Of a DNA stretch of 64,000 bases, positions 48,731 through 57,568 are shown in pieces. Every line of letters begins with the position of its first letter. The first letter of the stretch is position 1. The notes under the pieces were generated by a model. The model saw only the letters and a program-made list of their open reading frames with translations, had not been told where the DNA came from and did no database searches. Where the stretch lies: NCBI GenBank assembly GCA_963752375.1, contig CAVVYF010000023.1, positions 20,472-84,471 on the forward strand, written 5' to 3'. Position numbers and translations under genes: made by a program. Source of the DNA: Terriglobia bacterium. GTDB lineage: Bacteria; Acidobacteriota; Terriglobia; Terriglobales; Acidobacteriaceae.

Positions 48731-51257
48731 CCCGGAGAGCAAGCCCGTTCAGCAAAAGTTCGGAGCCAAATACAAGCTCATTGGCAAGGACTACCCCACG
48801 CCCGACCTCTACGCGAAGGTTACCGGCAAGTCGAAATATGCGGAGGACTTCCGCGCCGACGGCATGTTGTTCTGCAGGCTGCTGCTCAGTCCCGTGCCCC
48901 ACGGGCGGGTCAAGCATCTTGACCTGAGCCGGGCGCTGGCCATGCCCGGGGTCAAGGCGATTCTTACGCAAGACGATCTTCCCGCTCCCGCCGACAGCGT
49001 GACCGATCTCGGGGTCGTGATCAAGGCCAACCGGCAAGGCGAGAAGGCGCTCACCATGGAACCGACGTACCAGGGCGAGCCCATCCTGGCCGTGGCGGCG
49101 GTGGACGAATTGACGGCCGCCGAGGCCATCGAAAAAATTGACATCCAGTTCGAGCATCTGCCCTTCGTGGTCGATCCGCTCGACAGCCTCCGCCCCAATG
49201 GCCCGAATGCACGCACGGAAGGCAATGTATGGGTGAGGCAGCCACCTCCTCCAGCCAAGCCCGGTGAGAGACCGCCGAGCCCGCCACCGCCCCAGATCGG
49301 CGAACTGAAATGGACGGATGCTGACTTCGCGGAATTGAAGCAAGGACGCCTGCCCATGGGCAAGGCGCAGGACGAGTGGTCATACGGCGACGTGGATGCG
49401 GGCCTCAAGAATGCCGCGCTGGTTCTGGACGAAACCTTCTCCACGCCGGACAGCAGCCATGAGACGCTCGAGCCTCGCACCGCTTTGGCCTACTGGCAGA
49501 ACGGCAAAGTATTCGTTCACATGGGGACGCAGAGCACAGTGCAGACCCTGGCCGGCCTGGGACGCTGGTTGAATATGGATCCCAGCCAGATCGTGCTGAT
49601 CAGCGAATACACCGGCGGCGGTTTCGGCAGCAAGGCCACCGGTTACATCTTCGCCATTATTCCGGCGCTGCTGTCGAAGAAAGCGAACGCCCCGGTGATG
49701 ATGCGAATCAGCCGCGAAGAAGAACATTTCATCGGACGCGCGCGGCCCGGCTTCCAGGGCCGGATGAAAGTCGGCTTTGCCAAGGATGGCCGGATCACCG
49801 CGGTGGACATGTACGCCATCTGTAACAACGGTCCCTACGACGCAGTGGGCGATGCGAGCGCTTCGGGAAGGATCGTTTCGCTGTTGTATCAGCCGCCGGC
49901 GATGCGCTGGCGGGGCGTCACCGTGCTGACCAACACTCCGCCCCGGGGACCGCAAAGCGCGCCCGGAGGCATGCAGGGCATCATCCTCATGGAGCCGGTT
50001 CTGGCCAAGGCGGCGCGTCAACTCTCGCTCGACCAGGTGGAAATCCGAAAAGTCAACGCGCCCGAAGGTAAAGCTCCCTTCGGACCGGAGATGAACGGCA
50101 AGCGCGGGCACTCCACCAGCGCATTTCTGAAAGAAGCATTCGACCGCGGCGCCGAACAGTTCAAATGGAAGGAACGCATCGCCCGCCCCAAGCGGAGCGG
50201 CACCATAGTGCGCGGGGTGGGCGTATCGTCCAGCGCATTCTTTGCCGGCTCGACCGGGTATGACGGGCTCATCGTTATTCGGCCGGATGGAAGAATCGCG
50301 ATTCAATCAGGCATCGGCAACCTGGGCACGGAATCCATCAGCGACGTTCACCGCGTAGTCGCCGAAGTGCTCGGCGTGCCCTGGGAGAAGTGCGATGTCA
50401 CCTGGGGCAATACTTCCCAGAACCTGCCCTGGACGTGCGTCTCCGGAGGCAGCCAGACCACGCACGCCATGACCCGCGCGGCGCACGCGGTAGGGATGGA
50501 AGCCCGCGCGAAGCTGCAGGAAATCGCGGCGAAAACTCACGGCGGCAAACCGGAGCAGTATGAAGTGGCCAATGAACGGGTCTTCCACAAAGGCGGCGGC
50601 AGGAGCATGACCCTGGCCCAGGCGGCGCAGCGCGCCATTCAACTGGGCGGCATCTACGACGGTCACGAAGCCCCCGAAGATGTGAACAAGTACACCAAGG
50701 CTTCCATCGCTGGCCTTGCCGGACAGGGCTTGGTCGCTGCCGCCAAAGATAAGTATCCCCACGATGGCCAGACCTTCTCGTACGTCGCCAGCTTCGCGGA
50801 AGTCGAAGTGGATACGGAAACCGGCAAGTACCACATCACGGATTTTCTCGCGGTTGCCGACGTCGGCACCGTGATTCATCCCAAGGCTCTGGGCGGACAA
50901 GTGCTGGGCCGGTCGATACTGGGCATCGGTCACGCTATCGGACAGAAGTGGGTCTTCGATCCGCAATATGGCCACACGGTTTCGCGACGCTTCTACCACA
51001 CCAAGCCACCCACCATCCTCGATGTGCCCGTGGACATGCAGTGGGCGGCGCTCGACATTCCGGACCCGGAGACGCCGGTGGGCGCGCGCGGCATCGGCGA
51101 ACCCCCGGTGGGCGGCGGGTGCGGCGCCATCCTGAACGCTCTCTCGGATGCGTTGGGCGATGAAATCTATCGCCGCGCTCCGGTCAACCTGGACACGATT
51201 CTGACCTCGCTCGAAGCCGGGCGGCCCATGCAGGACCCCTTGACCGCATTCATCTGA
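48723..51257 (+). CDS. molybdopterin-binding large subunit (aldehyde oxidase/xanthine dehydrogenase family)
   Basis: 844 aa; a/b-hammerhead N-terminus and MoCo-binding body (...GGGFGSK...GIGEPPVGG...); its ATG overlaps the small-subunit stop (ATGTCTAG). Confidence 0.92.
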   Translation: MSSPESKPVQQKFGAKYKLIGKDYPTPDLYAKVTGKSKYAEDFRADGMLFCRLLLSPVPHGRVKHLDLSRALAMPGVKAILTQDDLPAPADSVTDLGVVIKANRQGEKALTMEPTYQGEPILAVAAVDELTAAEAIEKIDIQFEHLPFVVDPLDSLRPNGPNARTEGNVWVRQPPPPAKPGERPPSPPPPQIGELKWTDADFAELKQGRLPMGKAQDEWSYGDVDAGLKNAALVLDETFSTPDSSHETLEPRTALAYWQNGKVFVHMGTQSTVQTLAGLGRWLNMDPSQIVLISEYTGGGFGSKATGYIFAIIPALLSKKANAPVMMRISREEEHFIGRARPGFQGRMKVGFAKDGRITAVDMYAICNNGPYDAVGDASASGRIVSLLYQPPAMRWRGVTVLTNTPPRGPQSAPGGMQGIILMEPVLAKAARQLSLDQVEIRKVNAPEGKAPFGPEMNGKRGHSTSAFLKEAFDRGAEQFKWKERIARPKRSGTIVRGVGVSSSAFFAGSTGYDGLIVIRPDGRIAIQSGIGNLGTESISDVHRVVAEVLGVPWEKCDVTWGNTSQNLPWTCVSGGSQTTHAMTRAAHAVGMEARAKLQEIAAKTHGGKPEQYEVANERVFHKGGGRSMTLAQAAQRAIQLGGIYDGHEAPEDVNKYTKASIAGLAGQGLVAAAKDKYPHDGQTFSYVASFAEVEVDTETGKYHITDFLAVADVGTVIHPKALGGQVLGRSILGIGHAIGQKWVFDPQYGHTVSRRFYHTKPPTILDVPVDMQWAALDIPDPETPVGARGIGEPPVGGGCGAILNALSDALGDEIYRRAPVNLDTILTSLEAGRPMQDPLTAFI

Positions 51258-51383
51258 GGGCGATTGAAACGGAGAGAACCATGGCTGTAATACGAGACAT
51301 CATGCCGGCGTTCCAGTTGTATCCAGCCGAGTTCCGTCGCCGACGCGCAAAAGCTTCTCCAACAGCACGGAGAAGATGCCTGG

Positions 51384-52298
51384 GTGATGGCCGGCGGGCT
51401 CGACAGCTTCGATTGGCTCAAGGACCGCATCAAGAAACCCAAGGCGCTGGTGGACCTGAGCGGTGTCGAGGAACTCAGGGGCGTGCGCGCGACTGCTGAC
51501 GGAATCGAAATCGGCGCCATGACGACGCTTACGGAAGTGGTGCGCCATCCCGTGGTCCAGGAAAAATACGGCTTGCTGGCGCAGGCCGCGGGACTGGTGG
51601 CATCGCCGCAGATTCGCAACCAGGGCACGCTGGGCGGAAACGTGTCGCAGGACGCGCGCTGCTGGTACTACCGCGCCGGTTGGCCCTGCTACCGCGCCGG
51701 CGGCAACATCTGCTACGCCGACACTCCGGTGGGCAGAAATCGCGAGCACGCGATTCTGCATGCCGAACGCTGCGTGGCGGTGAACCCCTCCGATTCCGCT
51801 CCGGCGCTGATCGCGCTCGATGCGAAGTTCGTCATTCAGACTCCCAAGGGCGAGCGCGTTGTGGATGCCGAGAACTATTTCCTGGGCCCCGACATCGACA
51901 TCACCCACATGAATATTCTCGAGCCCGGACATTTGCTGACGGCCATCCGCATTCCTTCCACCTGGGCCGGAGCGCAGTTTTATTTTGAAAAGGTGCGCGA
52001 CCGGAACGTTTGGGACTTCCCTCTCCTGAACGTGGCATCGGCCATGAGGTTGTCGGGAGACACGATTCAGAACATCCGCATCGCGGTGAACGGCGCCGCC
52101 GCCCGGCCCTTGCGGTTGAAGGCGGTGGAAGATTCCGTGCGCGGCAAGCCGCGCAGCGCCGCCACCGGTGAGATGGCGGGAAAGCTGGCGGTACAGGGAG
52201 CCGTCCCGCTGCAGTTCAACGCCTACAAAATTCCGTTGATGCGGAACCTGGTGAAACGTTCCATCAGCGGCGTGCAGGAGGCAGCATGGGCATCATAG
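51384..52298 (+). CDS. FAD-binding medium subunit (CoxM/PaoB-like); N-terminus encoded in another frame
   Basis: VMAGGLDSFDWLKDRIKKP...IRNQGTLGGNV.. FAD_binding_5 pattern. The expected first 27 or so residues (MAVIRDIMPAFQLY / QPSSVADAQKLLQQHGEDAW) are split over two frames upstream. Confidence 0.8.
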   Translation: MMAGGLDSFDWLKDRIKKPKALVDLSGVEELRGVRATADGIEIGAMTTLTEVVRHPVVQEKYGLLAQAAGLVASPQIRNQGTLGGNVSQDARCWYYRAGWPCYRAGGNICYADTPVGRNREHAILHAERCVAVNPSDSAPALIALDAKFVIQTPKGERVVDAENYFLGPDIDITHMNILEPGHLLTAIRIPSTWAGAQFYFEKVRDRNVWDFPLLNVASAMRLSGDTIQNIRIAVNGAAARPLRLKAVEDSVRGKPRSAATGEMAGKLAVQGAVPLQFNAYKIPLMRNLVKRSISGVQEAAWAS

Positions 52299-53137
52299 AG
52301 TGGGCGACCAGTCCGCTGGGGCAGAACGTTCCCATCCATATCGCTTGGTTTCTGATCTGGGTTGCGCTCATCGCGGGCATGCTCTTCCTCATCGTGCACG
52401 CGATTTACATCCGTTACTTTGCCAAAGAAAAAGAATTCGCGGCCGACGCTTCGCCGAAACTTGCCTCGCAGTTGCCCGCCCGCATTCCCCGGCACTCGCT
52501 GGCGGCGCGGCTGTTTCACTGGATCATGGCTGCGTCCATGTTGGTTCTGCTGTTTACCGCATTCCTGCCGAAAGTGGGCGTCCGCTTCGACTGGGTAACC
52601 TACCACTGGATTGCGGGCACGGTTCTTACCATTTCCATTATCTTTCACATCATCCACGCCTCGTTTTATATGGACTTCTGGTCGATCTGGCCCGACCGCG
52701 CCGACCTCGAAGACGCATGGAAGAGGTTTCAGCGCTTCATGGGAAAGTCTTCCGCGCTGCCGCGGAAGTTTGCCAAGTATCCGCTGGAAAATAAGCTTTA
52801 CCACGGTGCGATCATCGTGACCGGAATGTCGGTGATCCTGACCGGCGTGTTCATGATGTCCCGCGTGCGCACGATTTTCTTCCCCCGCAATCCTTATCTG
52901 TTCAGCGACATGACCTGGGGCCTGATGTACGTGCTGCACGGGCTGGCCGGCGTGGGACTGATCACGCTGGTCATCGTGCACGTGTACTTCGCTATCCGGC
53001 CGGAGAAGCTTCCCATCACCGCATCGATGATCGTGGGCACCATGAGCCGGGAGTTTTACCTGAAAGAGCACGATCCGGAACGGTGGGTAGTCGAGGCGTC
53101 GCCCAACGCGCCGCGAAGGATGGCTGATGGCGATTGA
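52286..53137 (+). CDS. membrane b-type cytochrome (FdnI / Ni-Fe-hydrogenase cytochrome b family-like)
   Basis: 283 aa with about 5 TM segments; RHSLAARLFHWIMAASMLVLLFT, YHWIAGTVL..HIIHA and HGLAGVGLITLVIVHVYFA provide His ligand candidates; start overlaps the FAD-subunit stop. Confidence 0.75.
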   Translation: MGIIEWATSPLGQNVPIHIAWFLIWVALIAGMLFLIVHAIYIRYFAKEKEFAADASPKLASQLPARIPRHSLAARLFHWIMAASMLVLLFTAFLPKVGVRFDWVTYHWIAGTVLTISIIFHIIHASFYMDFWSIWPDRADLEDAWKRFQRFMGKSSALPRKFAKYPLENKLYHGAIIVTGMSVILTGVFMMSRVRTIFFPRNPYLFSDMTWGLMYVLHGLAGVGLITLVIVHVYFAIRPEKLPITASMIVGTMSREFYLKEHDPERWVVEASPNAPRRMADGD

Positions 53138-53552
53138 TTTTCTGGAACGCTGCGATGCCATCGAAAAGTGCTATGAGTTCATGCTCGCCTATGCAGGCCA
53201 GGGCCTGCCTACCGACCAGGGCAGCCAATCCGGCGGACAGGTCCGCGAATTTCTCGAGCGCGCCCTCCGCGCCATGACCGGCCTTGCGGAAAGCTGTTCG
53301 CGCGCCATGGCGGCTTCCGGAATCGAACCCGCCGCGAAATATGAGGGCTTTATTTCTGTGCTGGACCGCGACGCGCAGGCTTCGCTGGCCGCACTCGCAC
53401 TGGTGCTGAGCCAACCCGCCATCAGTTCTCAATTGATTGACAATCTGAACGCCTCGATCCATCTCCGGGCGCTGCTGACCGACCTGTTCCTGCTGGGAGA
53501 GGTCCTGAGGACTCAAAGCAAAGCGGTATTAAACTCCGCCGAGTCATCCTGA
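53127..53552 (+). CDS. hypothetical helical protein, last gene of the hydroxylase operon
   Basis: 141 aa; start overlaps the cytochrome b gene by 11 nt; the stop codon lies inside the repeat at 53543-53606. Confidence 0.55.
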   Translation: MAIDFLERCDAIEKCYEFMLAYAGQGLPTDQGSQSGGQVREFLERALRAMTGLAESCSRAMAASGIEPAAKYEGFISVLDRDAQASLAALALVLSQPAISSQLIDNLNASIHLRALLTDLFLLGEVLRTQSKAVLNSAESS

Positions 53553-53606
53553 GCGGAGCTATAGGTTTCGCTTGCGAAACCTATAGCGAAGTCGAAGGAC
53601 CCCTAT
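53543..53606. repeat. gtcatcctgagcg...gtcgaaggacccct hairpin repeat
   Basis: Private stem gctataggtttcg-cttg-cgaaacctatagc between the conserved flanks. Confidence 0.9.
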
Positions 53607-53662
53607 AAGAGGAAGATCCCTGGCCCGATGGGATTTTTCCCTCTCACCCGCCGCGCGGGAGG

Positions 53663-54346
53663 TCACTTCCAACCCTTTTCTATGACCTCGATCGCAACCG
53701 CCGTCAGCGCCGAGCACACCGCGCCCACGATAATCTCCGGCTTGTGGTCCTCCAACCACCTCCCCACGCCAACCCTCTGCGGATAGCGCAGGTAAACAAT
53801 GCTGTGAGAACTGACAAAGTAATACACGACGGCAACCGCAAGGATGAAGCCGGTCGCGATGTGAGGCAATTTGTAAATCGAGATGGGCCTGGCCACGTGC
53901 GGGGCAAATATCCACACCGCCACCGCCGCCAGCCACAACGCCGCAAATACCCACGCAGCTGCGGCGCGTACAAGGGATTTCAGCCTCAACCTTCTCTTCT
54001 CAAAAATCGCGGCCACGTTCACATATTTTGACCACGCCGGCAACTGGTCCCCGATTTCATGAATGTGGATGCGCGTAGCGGACGGTGTGAGCTCCAGGGT
54101 CTGGTGCTTTCCCGGAGAGGAGATGTTCAACACGAAACGGGTGCTGCGTCCCCGCAGTTCTTTCAGATCGTCCAGCGTGTCGCATTTCGATTTGCCGACC
54201 ACGAAGCTGGCCGTACAGTCCTGGCTGGAATCGGTCAGGATCTGCACAATCTCACCAATATCATCCAGGTAGAGCTTCGCCGGCGGGAGTTCGGATGGAA
54301 TGGAATCCGGGAACGGCTTAATTGCCAAGAGAACTCCTTCCTGCAA
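53663..54346 (-). CDS. hypothetical protein: soluble N-domain plus three C-terminal TM helices
   Basis: TTG start at 54346, or more likely TTG 54328 after GGAAGGAG. TM candidates AAAAWVFAALWLAAVAVWIFAP, IATGFILAVAVVYYFVSS and IIVGAVCSALTAVAIEVI; no family recognised. Confidence 0.55.
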   Translation of the reverse strand: MQEGVLLAIKPFPDSIPSELPPAKLYLDDIGEIVQILTDSSQDCTASFVVGKSKCDTLDDLKELRGRSTRFVLNISSPGKHQTLELTPSATRIHIHEIGDQLPAWSKYVNVAAIFEKRRLRLKSLVRAAAAWVFAALWLAAVAVWIFAPHVARPISIYKLPHIATGFILAVAVVYYFVSSHSIVYLRYPQRVGVGRWLEDHKPEIIVGAVCSALTAVAIEVIEKGWK

Positions 54347-54372
54347 CCATCCCGCTTGACCGGGCCTGCTGA

Positions 54373-54651
54373 CTAGCTTGCGGCCCGGCCACTTTCACCG
54401 CCAACATGTCCACTCGCCTTCCGGGCGTAAACGATCTTGTGCAACTCAGTCAGCGTGGTCAAAGCGTCGTTGAGTGCGATGCGCTCCGACGCGTCCCTCG
54501 CGCTTTCGCCCTGCTGGTTCATCAGAACGCCGAGCCGATCGTTGATGGCGTGCCTGGCGTGTTCGATGCGCTTTCGCAACTTGACCCGGTTCGGCTCGAA
54601 CAACGCAACGTCAAAGAGGTCGCGCCAGTCTCCCCTGTCATTGGTCGTCAT
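54373..54651 (-). CDS. hypothetical small helical protein (92 aa)
   Basis: MTTNDRGDWRDLFDVALFEPNRVKLRKRIEHARHAINDRL...; ends 26 nt upstream of the next ORF on the same strand. Confidence 0.5.
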   Translation of the reverse strand: MTTNDRGDWRDLFDVALFEPNRVKLRKRIEHARHAINDRLGVLMNQQGESARDASERIALNDALTTLTELHKIVYARKASGHVGGESGRAAS

Positions 54652-55027
54652 GATGGCCTCCTTCGCATGAACGGGGCTATCCTTGCGGACTCAAGTCCAA
54701 TTGTCAAACGGATTATTCGCTTTTACGGCGAGCGCCCAGCCCGCCGGGATGGCATGGTTAGCTGGAAGTCTGGCCTTTGACCGTCGCGTGATCCGCGCAA
54801 ACAGCGAGAGTGCTGTACCAATGGCAGTTAGCAAACGAAGCATTGCTTATCTCCAGGGAAGGGCTTGCGAACATCGTAGCCGTCACTCTGCCTCCAGGCA
54901 AAACACCAAGGTCTTCTCAAGGGAGTGTCCGGGAGGACGACTTTGGAGCGGAAATTTGTGGTTACCCCTTCTGTGGGGATGAGCCGGCGCTGGTGTGTTC
55001 TGCCCTGGCCGCCTGTTCCCTCGTTCT

Positions 55028-55930
55028 CTATGACGTTCGCCGGGAGCGATGCGCCCCTGTCCGCCGGGTTTCGGTGCGCGCCGCGTCCAGTCGCGCCGCC
55101 AGCGCCTCAAAGCCAGCCGTGGGTCCGTTCCAGCGCAACTGCTCCACGTCCTCAAAGAGCGCGATGTCAGTGCGAAGCGTGGCCAGCGTGCGGAACAACA
55201 GCGCGCGCGCGCGTTCGCGGGAGAGCGTGGCTGCAAGAGCACTCGCATTGGCGGCGTTCACCCGCCACTCCCGGAAGTCCGATGGAATCGCTTCCAGATG
55301 GACAAACTTGGCCAGCACCGCCGCCGACGACTTCGCGCCCCAGCCGGGAAGTCCGGGATAGCCGTCCGCGGAATCGCCCACCAGCGCCAGATAGTCGGGG
55401 ATCGATGCAGGCGCGACGCCAAACTTCCTGATCACGCCGGGCTCGTCGAAGGTAACGCCCGTCCGGCGGTTCAACTGCACGATGCGGCTGCCGCGCACGC
55501 ACTGGGCCAGGTCCTTGTCCGGAGTGCAGATAATCACGCGTTCGACCCGTGCGTCCTTGGCGGCCGCGATGGCCGCGGCTGCAAGCGCATCGTCCGCTTC
55601 AAACTCAACCATGGGCCAGACCACAAGGCCGGCCGCCGAGAGGACCGCTTCCAGCAAGGGAAATTGCGCCAGCAGGTCGGGCTCGATGCCCTCGCCAGTC
55701 TTGTACTCCGGCCACAGATCGTTGCGAAACGATTCGATCACATGATCGGTCGCCACCGCGATGTGCGTGGCCCCGCCTTTGATCATGCCCAGCACCGAGG
55801 CCAGGACGCCCCGCACCGCGGCCACCTCCCGGCCCTCTTCGTCCCGCGCTGAGGGCAGCGCGTAGTAGTGCCGGAACAACTCGTATGTGCCGTCAACCAG
55901 GTAAATGTCCAGGATGCAGCTCCAGCACAA
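55028..55930 (-). CDS. 5'-3' exonuclease (FEN/Pol I N-terminal domain family)
   Basis: IYLVDGTYELFRHYYA...VATDHV..SFRN...EADDALA...ICTPDKDL...LVGDSADGYPGLPGWGAKSSA (H3TH); TTG start is uncertain. Confidence 0.85.
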   Translation of the reverse strand: MCWSCILDIYLVDGTYELFRHYYALPSARDEEGREVAAVRGVLASVLGMIKGGATHIAVATDHVIESFRNDLWPEYKTGEGIEPDLLAQFPLLEAVLSAAGLVVWPMVEFEADDALAAAAIAAAKDARVERVIICTPDKDLAQCVRGSRIVQLNRRTGVTFDEPGVIRKFGVAPASIPDYLALVGDSADGYPGLPGWGAKSSAAVLAKFVHLEAIPSDFREWRVNAANASALAATLSRERARALLFRTLATLRTDIALFEDVEQLRWNGPTAGFEALAARLDAARTETRRTGAHRSRRTS

Positions 55931-56053
55931 CCCTATAGGAGGGCCGCTTCCTCAATCAACTCTAAGAAGTTTACGAAGCCATGCCACCGGACCGATCTGC
56001 GCTCCGCAAAAGGGGTTTGCCCGCCGGAGTGATTTTTGTCATACTCGGTGCCC

Positions 56054-56536
56054 ATGAAGGGAAATCCTAAAGTCATTGCCGAGCTGAACAAGGCACTCCG
56101 CGAGGAACTGACCGCCATCAACCAATATTTCCTCCACGCCGAGATGTGCGAAAACTGGAAATACCATCGCCTCGCCGAATACATCAAGAAACAATCCATC
56201 GGAGAGATGAAGCACGCCGAGGTCCTGATCGAGAGAATCCTCTTCCTCGACGGCACGCCTTCCATGCAACCCCTGGAGCTGAAAGTGTCGAAGACGGTCA
56301 AGGGAATGCTGGAAAGCGATCTCTCCCTCGAGGTCGCCGCGGTGAAGCAGTACAACGACGCCGTCCAGATTGCCACCCGGGAAGGCGACAACGGATCGCG
56401 CGACCTGTTGGTGCAACTGCTCAAGGACGAAGAAAGCCACGTCGATTGGCTGGAAGCCCAGCTTCATCAGATCGACGAACTGGGCTATGAACGCTACCTG
56501 ACCCAACAACTGGGAGAGAACGCGGAAGAAGAGTAG
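56054..56536 (+). CDS. bfr: bacterioferritin
   Basis: MKGNPKVIAELNKALREELTAINQYFLHAEMCENWKY..LAEYIKKQSIGEMKHAE...DEESHVDWLEAQL; ferroxidase ligands and a heme Met are present. Confidence 0.92.
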   Translation: MKGNPKVIAELNKALREELTAINQYFLHAEMCENWKYHRLAEYIKKQSIGEMKHAEVLIERILFLDGTPSMQPLELKVSKTVKGMLESDLSLEVAAVKQYNDAVQIATREGDNGSRDLLVQLLKDEESHVDWLEAQLHQIDELGYERYLTQQLGENAEEE

Positions 56537-56593
56537 TCCCGCGACCGGCACGCAAATCGCAAAAGAAGATTACGCTTTCAGTGAGATGAATCC

Positions 56594-56681
56594 TGGTGCC
56601 GGGAGGGGGAGTTGAACCCCCAAGGTACTAAGTACCGGCGGATTTTGAGTCCGCTGCGTCTGCCAGTTTCGCCACCCCGGC
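56594..56681 (-). tRNA. tRNA-Leu(CAA), copy 1
   Basis: Reverse complement GCCGGGGTGGCGAAACTGGCAGACGCAGCGGACTCAAAATCCGCCGGTACTTAGTACCTTGGGGGTTCAACTCCCCCTCCCGGCACCA. It has a 7-bp acceptor (one G-U), anticodon loop CTCAAAA, a long variable arm, T-arm GGGGG/CCCCC and an encoded CCA. Confidence 0.9.
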
Positions 56682-56908
56682 GCTACTTGCAAGTGCCTGA
56701 TTTTACGACCTGTTTAAGGCTCTGTTCCCTTCTCATCCAAAATGACGAATGTGCAACTGTGTAAGAAAGTGTGTCAGTTTTCACGGATTTCCACAGTTCG
56801 TTGTCATTACGCCCGTGAAGCGCTTCGCCGGCGATTCTCGGGCTAAGAGTCCATTGCCAAGTCATAAAAAGCACCTGCACCAGATCCTGCCACTTCATTT
56901 AAGAGCGG

Positions 56909-57568
56909 CTACCTTTTGATTTCACGCGAAGCAGACGACTTCCCGTCCGAAAGAACATCACCGTTACGAGCCAGCAACTCAAGTAGTTCGAACTTCACAG
57001 GTCGAGGATATTTTTGCGCGTATAACAGAAGTTTGTCGCGATCGAGCTTGCGGAGGTCGAACTCGTCGATGATTGCTTCAGTTCCTCGCTTTCGCGACAA
57101 GTAGAACCAGTCCAACAGAGCCTTCTCTGGTTCTGCAGTGTTGTACGTCCCGTATAGGGTTCTTCGTGCTTGGAACCCCCAATAGAGACTAGCTTTGATA
57201 TGTCTGAACGTTATCGACACCGTGCGCGAACTGAACGATGCCGGTTCGCCGGTGGTAACGCCGGTGATCGAAACTGGCGTCTGTGAGCTTATGCCCGCCT
57301 CTCGAAGGACCGTTTGAAGCGAAACATATGATCGAGGCCGTAGAAGATTCACAAGCTCACGACCCGAGAAGTCTCGTGCAAGCAGGTTGATAAACCACTT
57401 CTTCGCAAAGTGTTCGATCATGCCTCTCCTCACAAGTCTGAGAAACGATCTTCGGACAACTAGCTCAGACATTCCCAAACGGCGGGCGATCTCATCCGAT
57501 TTCAATAGTGGAGAGACCCTAGCTTCTTCCGATACGAATTTCGCCCAGTCGATGCGTGATGCTTTCAT
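56909..57568 (-). CDS. AbiEi-like antitoxin/transcriptional regulator (type IV TA family)
   Basis: Start ATG 57568 overlaps the upstream TGA (ATGA). wHTH SDEIARRLGMSELVVRRSFLRLVRRGMI; C-domain SYVSLQTVLREAGISSQTPVSITGVTT...TAEPEKALLDWFYL. Confidence 0.75.
   Translation of the reverse strand: MKASRIDWAKFVSEEARVSPLLKSDEIARRLGMSELVVRRSFLRLVRRGMIEHFAKKWFINLLARDFSGRELVNLLRPRSYVSLQTVLREAGISSQTPVSITGVTTGEPASFSSRTVSITFRHIKASLYWGFQARRTLYGTYNTAEPEKALLDWFYLSRKRGTEAIIDEFDLRKLDRDKLLLYAQKYPRPVKFELLELLARNGDVLSDGKSSASREIKR

Noticed and set aside
56029-56045. Possible Fur box upstream of bfr (gtgatttttgtcatact)
   Set aside because: It shows only weak resemblance to the 19-bp GATAATGATAATCATTATC consensus, which is not enough to call.
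56683-56898. 71-aa minus-strand ORF at the edge of the islet
   Set aside because: No RBS, Trp/Gln/Lys-rich odd composition, and it would run directly into the tRNA gene. I treat it as non-coding islet DNA.
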